Positions 8,946 through 18,643 of a stretch of DNA of 64,000 nucleotides are shown piece after piece. Location: assembly GCA_964371355.1 (NCBI GenBank), contig CAYJMG010000017.1, positions 10,277-74,276 on the forward strand. Reading direction: 5' to 3'. Position 1 is the first letter of the stretch. Every line of letters starts with the position of its first letter. This DNA comes from an uncultured Dehalococcoidia bacterium (GTDB taxonomy: Bacteria; Chloroflexota; Dehalococcoidia; DSTF01; JACRBR01). The notes below the pieces were generated by a model, which saw only the letters and a list, made by a program, of their open reading frames with translations, had not been told where the DNA came from and searched no databases. The translations under genes were made by a program, and so were the position numbers.

Positions 8946-10355
8946 ATGATCCTGGCGGCGGGCGCAGGCACGCGCCTGAAGCCGCTGACGGACCGCGTGC
9001 CAAAGGCGATGGTGCCCATCGCCGGCAAGCCGCTGCTGGAGCACACGATCGAGCTGCTCGCCCGGAGCGGCGTGCGCGAGATCGCCGTCAACCTGCACGC
9101 GCACGCCGACGTCATCGCCGACGAGCTGGGCGACGGGTCGCGGTTCGGAGTCGCGCTCCGCTACTCCTTCGAACCACGGCTGCTGGGCACGGCCGGCGCG
9201 GTGAAGGCGCTGGCGTCCTTCTTCTCATCGGGTGCGTCGGGCACATCGGGCTCGTCGGGGCCGTTCTACGTCGTCTACGGCGACGTGTTCACACTGATCG
9301 ACCCGCGCCGGATCATGGAAGCGCACCGTGTACACGGCGCGCTGGCGACGATCGCCCTGCGGCGGCCGGACGACGCGAGTCAGTGCGGCATCGTCCAGCA
9401 GGACGCCGAAGGATGGGTCACGGGATTCGTCGAGAAGCCGGCCCCCGGCCAAGCGCCCGCGGACGCCTGGGCGAACGCCGGGATCTACGTGCTGGACCCC
9501 GCCGTACTGGACACCATCGAGGCGGGCATCCCGCAGGACTTCGGCGCCGACGTGTTCGGCGCGCTGGCATCGAACGGCCGCGCGCTCTTCGGATATCGGA
9601 CCGACGCCGCCTGCTGGGACATCGGGTCCGCCACGCGGCTGCGCGAAGCGGACGCGGCGTTGCGAGCGCTCCACGTCACGAGCCCGCGCCGCCGGGCGGT
9701 CGAGCGCGCGGTCGATGCGTACATCGGTGACATTGCCGCGGCCATATCGGCGCTGGACCAGCGTGCCATCGTGCAGGCTGCCGAGCTGCTGCTCGATGCG
9801 CGGACACGCGGGAACGCCGTCTACATCATCGGGAACGGCGGGAGCGCGACGACAGCCAGCCACATGGCGGCGGACCTGGTACGCGCGGCGATGGAGTCCG
9901 ATGGGCCGCCCCTGAACTGCCGCGCGCTCTGCGACAACGTGGCGGTCCTCTCGGCCTGGGCGAACGACGTCGGCTACGAGGCGGTGTTCACACTACAGCT
10001 CTCGCAGATCCTCGCGCCGGGTGATGTCGTTGTCGCCATCTCCGCCAGCGGGAACTCACCCAACATCGTCGCCGCGGCGGAACTGGCGCGTGACCGGGGG
10101 GCATCGGTGCTGGGCTTCTCCGGCTTCGGCGGAGGCGCGCTGGCGCGGCTGTCCGATGTGGCGGTGGTGATCGATAGCGACGAGTACGGGCCGGTGGAGG
10201 ACGCGCACCTCCTGTTGAACCACCTGCTGGCCACAGCGATTCGGCGCGCCAGCCGCGGCGAGCGGCCCGAGGAACGCGGCGAGGACACGGATTCCGCCCA
10301 CGAAGGGAACGATGAGACTGCCGCGCCGGTGCGACGGCTGGCAGCGGCTGCCTGA
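8946..10355 (+). CDS. Bifunctional sugar-1-phosphate nucleotidyltransferase (HddC/ManC-like) fused to a SIS-domain sedoheptulose-7-phosphate isomerase (GmhA-like).
   Basis: N-terminal MILAAGAGTRLKPLT...PKAMVPIAGKPLL (NTP_transferase). C-terminal SIS domain AVYIIGNGGSATTASHMAADL...VVVAISASGNSPNIV. GAAGG RBS 7 nt before the ATG at 8946. The track's GTG start at 8835 adds an unlikely 37-aa extension. Confidence 0.7.
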   Translation: MILAAGAGTRLKPLTDRVPKAMVPIAGKPLLEHTIELLARSGVREIAVNLHAHADVIADELGDGSRFGVALRYSFEPRLLGTAGAVKALASFFSSGASGTSGSSGPFYVVYGDVFTLIDPRRIMEAHRVHGALATIALRRPDDASQCGIVQQDAEGWVTGFVEKPAPGQAPADAWANAGIYVLDPAVLDTIEAGIPQDFGADVFGALASNGRALFGYRTDAACWDIGSATRLREADAALRALHVTSPRRRAVERAVDAYIGDIAAAISALDQRAIVQAAELLLDARTRGNAVYIIGNGGSATTASHMAADLVRAAMESDGPPLNCRALCDNVAVLSAWANDVGYEAVFTLQLSQILAPGDVVVAISASGNSPNIVAAAELARDRGASVLGFSGFGGGALARLSDVAVVIDSDEYGPVEDAHLLLNHLLATAIRRASRGERPEERGEDTDSAHEGNDETAAPVRRLAAAA

Positions 10356-10370
10356 GACGCGAGGGAACGC

Positions 10371-11384
10371 ATGTTGATAGCACGAGCGCCGGTGCGCGTC
10401 AGCTTCTTCGGAGGCGGGACCGACTTGCCTGCGTACTACGAACAGCACGGCGGCGCCGTGCTGAGCGCGGCGATCGACAAGTACTTCTACGTGATCCTCG
10501 GGAACAGCGAGGGCTGCGTGCAGGTGTCGTCGTCGGACTACCGTACGTTCTTCCGCCACGAAGGACCGGCCCGGCGCCGGGTGGACGACGACCTTCGCCT
10601 GCCCAGGGCGGTGCTGGACGAATTCTCCGTGTACGAGGGGCTGTCTGTATTCCTGTCGTCGGAGGTGCCGCCCGGCACCGGGCTGGGTTCGTCCAGCGCG
10701 GTTACGGTCGCGCTCGTTAAGGCCATATCGACGTACTGCGGCCGCCAGATGTGTCAGCAAGATCTGGCCGAACTTGCGTGCGAGATCGAGATCGACCGGC
10801 TGGGACAGCCGATCGGAAAGCAGGACCAGTACGCGGCGGCGTTCGGCGGCCTGAACTTCATCGAGTTCCACCCGGACTCGCACGTGGATGTACAGCCCGT
10901 CGCGCTGCCACCTGAGACGCGGCTGGGGCTCGAGCGGCGGGTACTCCTGTTCTTCACGGGCATGTCCCGTGACGCCGCGACGATCCTGGGCGAGCAGCGC
11001 CGCAATCTCACCGAACACCGCGACGAGACGCTGCGAGCGTCCGACGAGATGAAGCGCCAGGCGTTCCACGCCCGCGATCTGCTCCGCGAAAACCGGCTGG
11101 ATGAGTTTGGGACGCTGCTGGATGACGCTTGGCACACGAAGAAGCGCGCGGCGGCGGGCGTCAGCAACGCCCGCACCGATCGCGCGTACGAGGTCGCACG
11201 CGGAGCGGGAGCGCTGGGCGCAAAAGTGGCCGGCGCCGGCGGCGGCGGATTCATGATCGTGTTCTCGCGCGACGGCTATCAGCAGCAGATCATTTCGGCC
11301 CTTGAGGCCGAGGGGCTGTCCGCAATGAAGTTCCGGTTCGAACCGAGTGGAGCGAGGGTGCTTGTCAATGCGCTGGCTGCCTGA
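10371..11384 (+). CDS. hddA: GHMP-family sugar kinase, D-glycero-alpha-D-manno-heptose-7-phosphate kinase (HddA-like).
   Basis: GHMP motif PPGTGLGSSSAVTVAL. N-terminal ARAPVRVSFFGGGTD. Adjacent to the GmhA/HddC fusion. Confidence 0.7.
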   Translation: MLIARAPVRVSFFGGGTDLPAYYEQHGGAVLSAAIDKYFYVILGNSEGCVQVSSSDYRTFFRHEGPARRRVDDDLRLPRAVLDEFSVYEGLSVFLSSEVPPGTGLGSSSAVTVALVKAISTYCGRQMCQQDLAELACEIEIDRLGQPIGKQDQYAAAFGGLNFIEFHPDSHVDVQPVALPPETRLGLERRVLLFFTGMSRDAATILGEQRRNLTEHRDETLRASDEMKRQAFHARDLLRENRLDEFGTLLDDAWHTKKRAAAGVSNARTDRAYEVARGAGALGAKVAGAGGGGFMIVFSRDGYQQQIISALEAEGLSAMKFRFEPSGARVLVNALAA

Positions 11385-12723
11385 ATCCTTCGTGCGCGGT
11401 GACGGCTCTGTCCGCAGGGACTGGCTCGTCTACACCATCGCCCTCGTGGCGATCGACGCCACGGCGACGACGATCGCCCTCGCGCTCGCCGCCGGTCTGC
11501 GGCCGGCCTCGGTGTCGGTCGCGACATACGCGAGCGCGGGCGCGGCGCTGCTGGCGTGCTGGCTCCTGTTCATGCACACCACGGGGCTGTACGGGCGCAC
11601 GCGGCTGCTTTCGGGCACCGATGAGTACGCGGGCGTGCTCCAGGCCGTCGCGGCGATGATGGTGGCGGCCGTGATGGGCGACGTGCTGCTGGACGCGGGA
11701 CTGGTGTCGCGCGGCTGGCTCATGACGTTCCCTGCGGCAGTCGTGGCGCTCACCGGCGTCGCGCGGATGTGCGCCCGGCGCGTCGCCTACGCAACGAGGC
11801 GGCGCGGCGCGTTCCGGTCGCGGGCCATCATCGCAGGCGTCGACGACCGCTCGCTCCAGCTCGCGAAGCATCTGACGGCGTCCGGCTTCGACGTGCTCGG
11901 CTTCCTCGACGACTTCCGGCCCGCCGGTTCGCGCATCGGCGCGGGCCCGTGGCCGGTGCTGGGCGTGACCGCCGAGCTATCGCGAGCCGGTGAGCTGGGC
12001 GCAGACGAGGTGATCGTGAACCCGGTCGCGATCCCATGGGAGAGCCGCAGGGCGATCCTGGGCGCGCAGACCGCGTGGCCATTCGACGTCCGCATGCTTG
12101 CCGACCGCGAGGAGGCGCTGACCGGACACATCCGCGTATCGAGCCGGGCGGGCGTGCCCCTGTACGCGCTGCACGAAGTCCGGATCGCCGGCCTGGAGGC
12201 GGCGGTGAAGCGCGGATTCGACCTTGTCGCGTCACTGGCGTTGGCCGTGCTCCTGGGGCCGTTTGCCGTGTGGCGCGCGCTCAGCCGCCTGGCGGCGCGG
12301 GAGCGCGTGTTCGAGCGCCACGAGCTGCGGGGCGCCGCTGGCCGGCCCTTCACGGTGTACACGCTGGCGGGCCCGGGCCACCGTGTGATCTCGAAGCTGC
12401 CAGCCGTGGCCGCCGTAATCCGCGGCGACATGAGCATCGTCGGACCCGGCGGTATCGAGGGGACGAGCGACCGCGCTTCGTCCGAGCTGCGGATGATGAA
12501 GCCGGGACTCACGTCGCCCGTCCCGGCAGGACGCCAGGGCTTCGACGATGCTTCCGCTGCCGCCGTGCAGCTCGAATACGTGAGGAACTACTCGGTGTGG
12601 CGAGACCTGCAGGTGCTGTGGCACCGGCTGCTGGCGCTTCGGCAGGCGCCGCGGGACGCCGTGAACGCCGCAGCCTTCTGGGAGCTTCGTCCATACGCGC
12701 CGAGCGTGGAGCACGAATCATGA
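11368..12723 (+). CDS. WbaP-like large polyprenyl-phosphate glycosyl-1-phosphate transferase paralog whose catalytic domain looks degenerate.
   Basis: N-terminal TM bundle and a CoA-binding-like middle domain (IIAGVDDRSLQLAKHL). The C-terminal Bac_transf start KRGFDLVASLALAVLLGPF is intact. The DE(LPQL) catalytic dyad reads SK (ISKLPAV). The PRP motif reads PGG. KFRTM is lost. Confidence 0.6.
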   Translation: MRWLPESFVRGDGSVRRDWLVYTIALVAIDATATTIALALAAGLRPASVSVATYASAGAALLACWLLFMHTTGLYGRTRLLSGTDEYAGVLQAVAAMMVAAVMGDVLLDAGLVSRGWLMTFPAAVVALTGVARMCARRVAYATRRRGAFRSRAIIAGVDDRSLQLAKHLTASGFDVLGFLDDFRPAGSRIGAGPWPVLGVTAELSRAGELGADEVIVNPVAIPWESRRAILGAQTAWPFDVRMLADREEALTGHIRVSSRAGVPLYALHEVRIAGLEAAVKRGFDLVASLALAVLLGPFAVWRALSRLAARERVFERHELRGAAGRPFTVYTLAGPGHRVISKLPAVAAVIRGDMSIVGPGGIEGTSDRASSELRMMKPGLTSPVPAGRQGFDDASAAAVQLEYVRNYSVWRDLQVLWHRLLALRQAPRDAVNAAAFWELRPYAPSVEHES

Positions 12724-13427
12724 GCCTCGACTACGCGGAAAAGCATGGGCGCATAAGCACCGTCATGGAGCCGCGGGAGATTGGCGGCGGGCCGCTGTAC
12801 GAACTCCTCACGGCGGCGTACAACCGCGCGGCCGCGCTGGCGCTCATCGTCATGCTGGCGCCGCTGTGGATGGCGATCGCGGTGGCGATCAAGGTGAACT
12901 CGCGCGGCCCGGTGCTGTTCCGCATGCCGATCGTCGGCCGGGGCGGCAGGGTCTTTACGTACTACAAGTTCCGGACGATGAAATCGGGCCAAGACGACGG
13001 CGGCCACCGCGCGTGGATCCGCGCGTTCGTGCAAGGTGACCAACCGTACGCGCGGGACGCCGACGGCAAGGCGGTGTACAAGCTGGTCGACGACCCGAGG
13101 GTGACGCGGACCGGCGGCTGGCTCCGCAAGACCAGCCTCGACGAGCTGCCGCAGCTCATCAACGTCCTGCGCGGCGAGATGAACATCGTGGGCCCGCGAC
13201 CGCCCGTCTCGTACGAGTACGAGCTGTACCGCCCGCACGAGCGGATGCGGCTGGCGGTAAGGCCCGGCATTACCGGCCTGTACCAGGTCAACAAGCGCGG
13301 GCGGGCGAGCTTCAGCGAAATGCTCGCGCTGGACCTGGAGTACGCCCGGCGGCGGTCCCTGTGGCTCGACATCCTCATCATGTTGCGCACGCCGCGGGCG
13401 ATGTTGGGCGAGGTGAGCAAGCCATGA
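12720..13427 (+). CDS. Small (PglC-type) phosphoglycosyl transferase that keeps the catalytic signature.
   Basis: ATGA start/stop overlap with the upstream gene. GPVLFRMPIVGRGGRVFTYYKFRTM, LDELPQLINVLRGEMNIVGPRPP and GITGLYQV motifs are all present. Confidence 0.8.
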   Translation: MSLDYAEKHGRISTVMEPREIGGGPLYELLTAAYNRAAALALIVMLAPLWMAIAVAIKVNSRGPVLFRMPIVGRGGRVFTYYKFRTMKSGQDDGGHRAWIRAFVQGDQPYARDADGKAVYKLVDDPRVTRTGGWLRKTSLDELPQLINVLRGEMNIVGPRPPVSYEYELYRPHERMRLAVRPGITGLYQVNKRGRASFSEMLALDLEYARRRSLWLDILIMLRTPRAMLGEVSKP

Positions 13428-14545
13428 AAATCCTGCTCATCGGAGGCGCCGGCTTCATCGGCTCGCACACGGCCGACGCACTGCTAGCCCGCGGACACGA
13501 CGTGCGCGTGCTCGACTCTCTCGAGCCGCCCGTCCATACCGGCGCCTGGCCCGCGTATCTCGATGCGGCGCTGGATCTGCGCCAGGGCAGCATCACGGAT
13601 CGGGCGGTGCTGCGCGATGCGCTCGACGGCGTGGACGCCGTGTTCAACTTTGCGGCGTACCAGGACTACATGACCGACTTCAGCCGGTTCTTCGCGGTGA
13701 ACTGCGCGGGGACCGCCCTCCTCTACGAGACGATCGTCGCCGACCGGTTGCCCGTGGAGCGCATCATCGTCGCGTCCTCGCAGGCAGTGTTCGGCGAGGG
13801 GCTCTACCGCTGCCGCGAACACGGCGCACAGCTTCCGGAGCCGCGCACACGCACGCAGCTCGAGCGGGGCGCCTGGGACGTCGCATGCCCGACATGCCTG
13901 CGTCCCATGGAACTCCGGGCGATCGACGAGCGGTACGCGAAGCCGCAGTCATGCTACGGGCTCTCCAAGCGGGCGCAGGAGGAAGTCGCGTTGACCCTGG
14001 GGCGCCAGTACGGCATCCCCAGCGTCGCGTTGCGGTACTCGATCGTGCAGGGGCCCCGGCAGTCGCTGCGGAACGCCTACTCCGGTGCGCTGCGGTCGTT
14101 CGCGATGCGGGCGCTGTGCGGCGAGCCGCCCGTGCTGTTCGAGGACGGCGGCCAACTGCGCGACTACGTCTCCGTCCACGACATCGTGCGCGCGAACCTG
14201 CTCGCGCTGGAGGACGGCCGGGCCGACTACCACGCGTTCAACGTCGGCGGCGACCGGCGGGTGTCCGTCGGCGAACTGGCGGGGATGGTGCTGGACGCGG
14301 CCAACGTGCGGGGCGAGCCGGAGATCCCGGGCCTCTATCGGGTCGGGGACAGCCGGCACATCGTCTCTGACGTTTCGAAGCTGCGGGCGCTGGGCTGGGA
14401 GCCGCGCGTCGCGCAGGAGGACATCGTACGGGAGTACGTCGCGTGGGCGGCGGGGCAGCGCGACCTTCGGGACGCGTTTGCCGACGCGCGGCGACAGATG
14501 ACGGCGGCGGGCGTCCTGCGCCCACTGTGCACGGAGGCAGCCTGA
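13424..14545 (+). CDS. NAD-dependent nucleotide-sugar epimerase/dehydratase (extended SDR).
   Basis: MKILLIGGAGFIGSH Rossmann motif. YxxxK in YGLSKRAQEE. ATGA coupling to the upstream gene. Confidence 0.8.
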   Translation: MKILLIGGAGFIGSHTADALLARGHDVRVLDSLEPPVHTGAWPAYLDAALDLRQGSITDRAVLRDALDGVDAVFNFAAYQDYMTDFSRFFAVNCAGTALLYETIVADRLPVERIIVASSQAVFGEGLYRCREHGAQLPEPRTRTQLERGAWDVACPTCLRPMELRAIDERYAKPQSCYGLSKRAQEEVALTLGRQYGIPSVALRYSIVQGPRQSLRNAYSGALRSFAMRALCGEPPVLFEDGGQLRDYVSVHDIVRANLLALEDGRADYHAFNVGGDRRVSVGELAGMVLDAANVRGEPEIPGLYRVGDSRHIVSDVSKLRALGWEPRVAQEDIVREYVAWAAGQRDLRDAFADARRQMTAAGVLRPLCTEAA

Positions 14546-14546
14546 C

Positions 14547-15335
14547 GTGAAGACGGTGATTCTCTGCGGCGGTAAGGGCATGCGGCTTCGCGAATACACC
14601 GAAGCCATCCCCAAGGTGCTGGTGGAGGTCGGCGGTAAGCCGATCCTGTGGCACATCATGAAGAGCTATGCGCAGGCGGGCCACACCGACTTCGTGCTGG
14701 CCCTGGGTTACCTGGGCGACCGCATCAAGGAGTACTTCCTCGACTATCACAGCTGGCGGCGGCGTGACATGCGCCTCCACCTGGGCAACGGCAACGTGCC
14801 CGAACTGCTGGGCGACAACCGCGAGGACTGGTCCATCACCTTCGCCAACACCGGACCGGAAACCAACACGGGCGGCCGCATCAAGCGGCTGGAGCCGTAC
14901 CTGACCGACGATCTGTTCTTCGCCACCTACGGCGACGGCGTCTCCGACGTCGACCTGGGCGCCCTGCTCGACTTCCACCGGACGCACGGGCGCATCGCCA
15001 CCGTCACCGTTGTGCAGCCGCGGCTCACGCTGGGCGTGCTGGACATCGACGGCGGTCAGCGGGTGACCCGCTTCGAGGAGAAGCCCCGTATGGACGGCTG
15101 GGTGAACGGCGGATTCTTCGTCTTCGACCGGCGCGTCTTCGACTACCTCGGCGACCAGACCGACCTGGAGCGCGAGTGTCTCGTGCGGCTTGCCGAGCAG
15201 GGAGAGCTGATGGGCTACCAGCACACGGGGTTCTGGGCCTGCATGGACACCTACAAGGACAACGTCGACCTGAACGCCGCCTGGGCGTGCGGACGCGCGC
15301 CGTGGCGGACATGGGAGGAGACCCGAATTGGCTGA
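14547..15335 (+). CDS. rfbF: Glucose-1-phosphate cytidylyltransferase.
   Basis: GTG start with GGAGG 9 nt upstream. MKTVILCGGKGMRLREYTEAIPKVLVEVGGKPILWHIMKSYAQAGHTDFVLALGY is the canonical RfbF/DdhA N-terminus. Confidence 0.85.
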   Translation: MKTVILCGGKGMRLREYTEAIPKVLVEVGGKPILWHIMKSYAQAGHTDFVLALGYLGDRIKEYFLDYHSWRRRDMRLHLGNGNVPELLGDNREDWSITFANTGPETNTGGRIKRLEPYLTDDLFFATYGDGVSDVDLGALLDFHRTHGRIATVTVVQPRLTLGVLDIDGGQRVTRFEEKPRMDGWVNGGFFVFDRRVFDYLGDQTDLERECLVRLAEQGELMGYQHTGFWACMDTYKDNVDLNAAWACGRAPWRTWEETRIG

Positions 15336-16323
15336 CAACGACTGGCAGCGACGCAGTGTGCTGGTGACCGGCGCGGGTGGCTTCGTGGGATCATGGCTTG
15401 CGCGCGCGCTGGTCGATCGCGGTGCCGAAGTGACGCTTATCCTCCGCGACGAGTCAGCGAAGAACAACCTCGGGCACCTGGGGCTTACGGCGCGAACCAA
15501 CATCGTGCGCGGATCGATTACGGACGGACGGCTGGTGGAGCGGGCGCTCATCGAGTACGGCGTCGACACGTGCTTCCACCTGGCTGCGCAAGCGATCGTC
15601 GGGCCGGCGAACCAATCGCCGATCTCCACGTTCGAGTCGAACATCCGCGGCACGTGGACCATCCTTGAAGCCTGCCGCACTGCGGGTGTGCGGCGCATCG
15701 TCGTCGCGTCCAGCGACAAGGCATACGGCGCGCAGGCGGCACTCCCCTACATCGAGGACTCCCCTCTGCTGGGCACGGCACCCTACGAGGTGTCGAAGGC
15801 GTGCACGGACATGCTGGCGCGCAGCTACCGCCTGGGATTTGGGCTGCCCGTGTTGGTCGCCCGCTGCGCCAACATCTACGGCGGCGGCGACTTCAACTTC
15901 AGCCGCCTGGTGCCCGGCACGATCCGATCCGTCCTGGCTGGAGAGCGTCCGATCATCCGAAGCGACGGCTCGCCGATGCGCGACTACCTGTACGTCGACG
16001 ACGCCGTCGACGCGTACCTGCGACTGGGCCTGTGTCCGGACGAGGCCGCCGGCGTCGGCGCGGCGTTCAACTTCGGGAGCGGCGAGCCCGTCTCCGCGTT
16101 GCACCTCGTGCGGCGCATCACCGAGGTGTGCGGGCGGTCGGACCTGGAGCCCGATGTACAGGGCGCCGGCCCGGGACGCAACGAGATCGACTGCCAGTAC
16201 GTGGACAGCGGCCGTGCACGGTCGGTGCTGGGTTGGTCGCCGCGCGTGCCCCTCGATGAAGGTCTGCTGCGGACGGTGCACTGGTACCGCTCGTTCCAGG
16301 GCGAACGAAAGGCCGCGGCATGA
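15328..16323 (+). CDS. rfbG: CDP-glucose 4,6-dehydratase.
   Basis: TTG start with GGGAGGAG 7 nt upstream. VLVTGAGGFVGSWLARAL...YEVSKAC (YxxxK) is the RfbG/DdhB-like extended SDR. Confidence 0.8.
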   Translation: MADNDWQRRSVLVTGAGGFVGSWLARALVDRGAEVTLILRDESAKNNLGHLGLTARTNIVRGSITDGRLVERALIEYGVDTCFHLAAQAIVGPANQSPISTFESNIRGTWTILEACRTAGVRRIVVASSDKAYGAQAALPYIEDSPLLGTAPYEVSKACTDMLARSYRLGFGLPVLVARCANIYGGGDFNFSRLVPGTIRSVLAGERPIIRSDGSPMRDYLYVDDAVDAYLRLGLCPDEAAGVGAAFNFGSGEPVSALHLVRRITEVCGRSDLEPDVQGAGPGRNEIDCQYVDSGRARSVLGWSPRVPLDEGLLRTVHWYRSFQGERKAAA

Positions 16324-17864
16324 GCACCACTTCCACCGTGGATGCGGTCGAGGGAAGCGCCGCCGCCCGCGCATCGGGCGACGGCGACCTCTCCGGTCGA
16401 GCCACGATGAACACGCTCGCCCAACTCGCGCCTCCCCTGCTGCGGGTGGTGCTCGGAATCGTGCTCGTCGCGCTGCTGAGCCGCGAGCTGGGCCGGGAAG
16501 GGCTGGGGCAGTACGCGCTGATCTTCGCGTACGTGGCGCTGTTCAACGTCGTGTTCAACGACTGGGGCATATCGACGATCGTCCTGCGCGAGATTTCGCA
16601 GCATCCCGGGGATCGCCGCGCGCTGCTGCACGCCGCGGCATCGCTGCAGATGTTCATCTCGGCCGGCAGCTACGCATGCATGGCGGCAGGCCTGTTCCTG
16701 CTGGATTATCCGGAGCCGGTGCGGTACGGCGCGATGATCTACGGGCTCTCGCTGTTCGCCGGTCCGATCAACCTGCTGGCGCTGCCCTTCCAGGCCGATC
16801 TGCGCCTCCACGAGCTGCTGGCGCCGTCGATCGCCCAGACGCTCCTGATGTTCGGGCTCAGCGTGGCTGTGGTCGCCGCCGGGGGCTCCGTGTTGTGGCT
16901 CGCCGTCGCGAGCCTGGCCGCGATCGCCGTGCAGTACACGTGGACGGCGCTGCTGTGCCGGCACTGGATCTCGCCCAACGGCGCCGTGGACGGCACCGCG
17001 CGGCGGGCGCTCTGGCGAAGGCTGACGCGCGAGGCGTGGCCTGTCGGCGCGGCGAGCACGCTGAAGGTCGGCTGGCAGCAATTCCCGGTGCTGGTCCTGG
17101 GCGCGTTCAGCGTGGGCGCCACCGGCCTGTTCCACGCGGCCAACCGTGTGCCCCAGCAGCTCATCGTGCTGCCGATGGCGCTGAACACCACCATGTTCCC
17201 ACTGCTCGCGCGCTCGTGGGCATTCGACCGGGTGTTGTTCGCGCGTCAGCTCGACCGGCTGGTGGGCGGCAGTCTCTTCTTCGTCGTACCGGCCGCCGTC
17301 TTCGGCATCGCAACCGCAGATCCGTTCATGCGGTTGCTGCTCGGCCCGGAATTCGCGGGCGCGACCACGCCATACACGCTTCTGCTCGCGACGGCCGCCT
17401 TGCTCTTCCCGATCATCTTCCTCGCCGAAGCACTGAACGCCGCATCGTGCCAACGACTCAACCTCACGCTTCTGGCAGTCCTCACGCCTGTCCTGATGGT
17501 CGCCGTCATCACGGGAGCACGACTCGAGGGTGCTACGGGAGTGGCGGCGGCGCTCGTGGGCGGTTACGCCGCATACCTGGTGGCACTCCTCGCGGCGGCG
17601 ATCTGGCGCTTTGGCCACGCTGCCCCCGTCTCAGCGACGGGTACATCAGTCGCCGCGGCACTCGCTGGCACGATGACGGTCCTGGTAACCGCGGATGCGG
17701 GCGCCGTCCTCTCGGGAACCGCGGGAGCGGTCACGGCCATGGCAACGTTTGCTGCCGCCCGCCCCGACCTGGCGACGCTCACGCGGCGGGCGCTTGGAGC
17801 ACTGCCCGCTTTCACCACTCAACCGATTGCACAGGAGGCACCCCATGGTCAGCGCACTTCCTGA
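16320..17864 (+). CDS. wzx: Wzx-type polysaccharide flippase (MOP superfamily).
   Basis: About 12-14 predicted TM helices. The N-terminal LGQYALIFAYVALFNVVFNDWGISTIVLRE block is typical of Wzx. ATGA coupling. Confidence 0.75.
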   Translation: MSTTSTVDAVEGSAAARASGDGDLSGRATMNTLAQLAPPLLRVVLGIVLVALLSRELGREGLGQYALIFAYVALFNVVFNDWGISTIVLREISQHPGDRRALLHAAASLQMFISAGSYACMAAGLFLLDYPEPVRYGAMIYGLSLFAGPINLLALPFQADLRLHELLAPSIAQTLLMFGLSVAVVAAGGSVLWLAVASLAAIAVQYTWTALLCRHWISPNGAVDGTARRALWRRLTREAWPVGAASTLKVGWQQFPVLVLGAFSVGATGLFHAANRVPQQLIVLPMALNTTMFPLLARSWAFDRVLFARQLDRLVGGSLFFVVPAAVFGIATADPFMRLLLGPEFAGATTPYTLLLATAALLFPIIFLAEALNAASCQRLNLTLLAVLTPVLMVAVITGARLEGATGVAAALVGGYAAYLVALLAAAIWRFGHAAPVSATGTSVAAALAGTMTVLVTADAGAVLSGTAGAVTAMATFAAARPDLATLTRRALGALPAFTTQPIAQEAPHGQRTS

Positions 17865-18636
17865 GCCTCTCGCCGCCCTCCGGCGCGCAGGTGCCCGGCT
17901 GCGACATTCCCCTGAGCGCGCCTCCGGGGGCTGCACGCCGCTATCGGGCATGCGGGAAGTCCGCAAGGGCTACGACATGGAGGACGCGGCTCGCGAGGCG
18001 ATCGCCATGGTCGCCGGGCACACGCAGCTTTCGTACGAGCGCCTGGTGACGCTGTACGAGCAGGTGGCGTACGTCGAGCAGCGGGGGCTGCCGGGCGCCC
18101 TCGTGGAATGTGGTGTCTGGCGGGGCGGCGCGGCGGCGATGATGGCGCTGGCCAACCTCGCGGAAGGAACGGCACGCCGCCCGCTGCACCTGTTCGACTC
18201 CTTCGAAGGCATGCCCGAACCGAGCGCGGGCGTGGACGGCGACGCCGCGTTCGCGCTGATGGCGGCGGGGCGCGGGAAGACGGGCGTCAACGTCGCCTCC
18301 CCCGATGATGCGCTCGGCCTCATCGTGGACCGCGCGGCATACCCCCGATCCTCCGTCTTCGTGCACAAGGGCTGGTTCGAGGACACGCTGCCCGCCACGC
18401 GTGGGGCCCTCGGTCCGATCGCCGTGCTGCGCGTCGACGGCGACTGGTACGCGTCGACGCGCACGGTGTTCGAGCAGCTTTACGACCTGGTGGTCCCCGG
18501 TGGCGTGATCGTGATCGACGACTACGGCCATTTCGATGGCTGCCGCCGGGCGACCGACGAGTTCCTGCGAGAACAGGCGCCCGACGCCTACCTGCACTAC
18601 ATCGACTACACCGGCCGCTACCTGATCAAACCGTGA
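17845..18636 (+). CDS. TylF/MycF-family sugar O-methyltransferase (class I SAM MTase).
   Basis: AGGAGG RBS. GALVECGVWRGGAAAMMA...LFDSFEGMPEP...VLRVDGDWYASTRTV...GGVIVIDDYG. Confidence 0.8.
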   Translation: MVSALPEPLAALRRAGARLRHSPERASGGCTPLSGMREVRKGYDMEDAAREAIAMVAGHTQLSYERLVTLYEQVAYVEQRGLPGALVECGVWRGGAAAMMALANLAEGTARRPLHLFDSFEGMPEPSAGVDGDAAFALMAAGRGKTGVNVASPDDALGLIVDRAAYPRSSVFVHKGWFEDTLPATRGALGPIAVLRVDGDWYASTRTVFEQLYDLVVPGGVIVIDDYGHFDGCRRATDEFLREQAPDAYLHYIDYTGRYLIKP

Positions 18637-18643
18637 GGTACTC

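Noticed and set aside
14238-15719. 493-aa minus-strand ORF antisense to rfbF/rfbG, and similarly long antisense or out-of-frame ORFs (4865-5605, 6874-7584, 8167-9003, 10056-11135, 15984-17618, 15665-18049, 21695-22399, 46541-48229, 48523-50517, 50780-52438, 55617-57200, 58653-60542).
   Set aside because: Their translations are Arg/Pro/Gly/Ala-rich low-complexity with no motifs. They shadow genes that have clear family signatures. Expected in 70% GC DNA where stops are rare.
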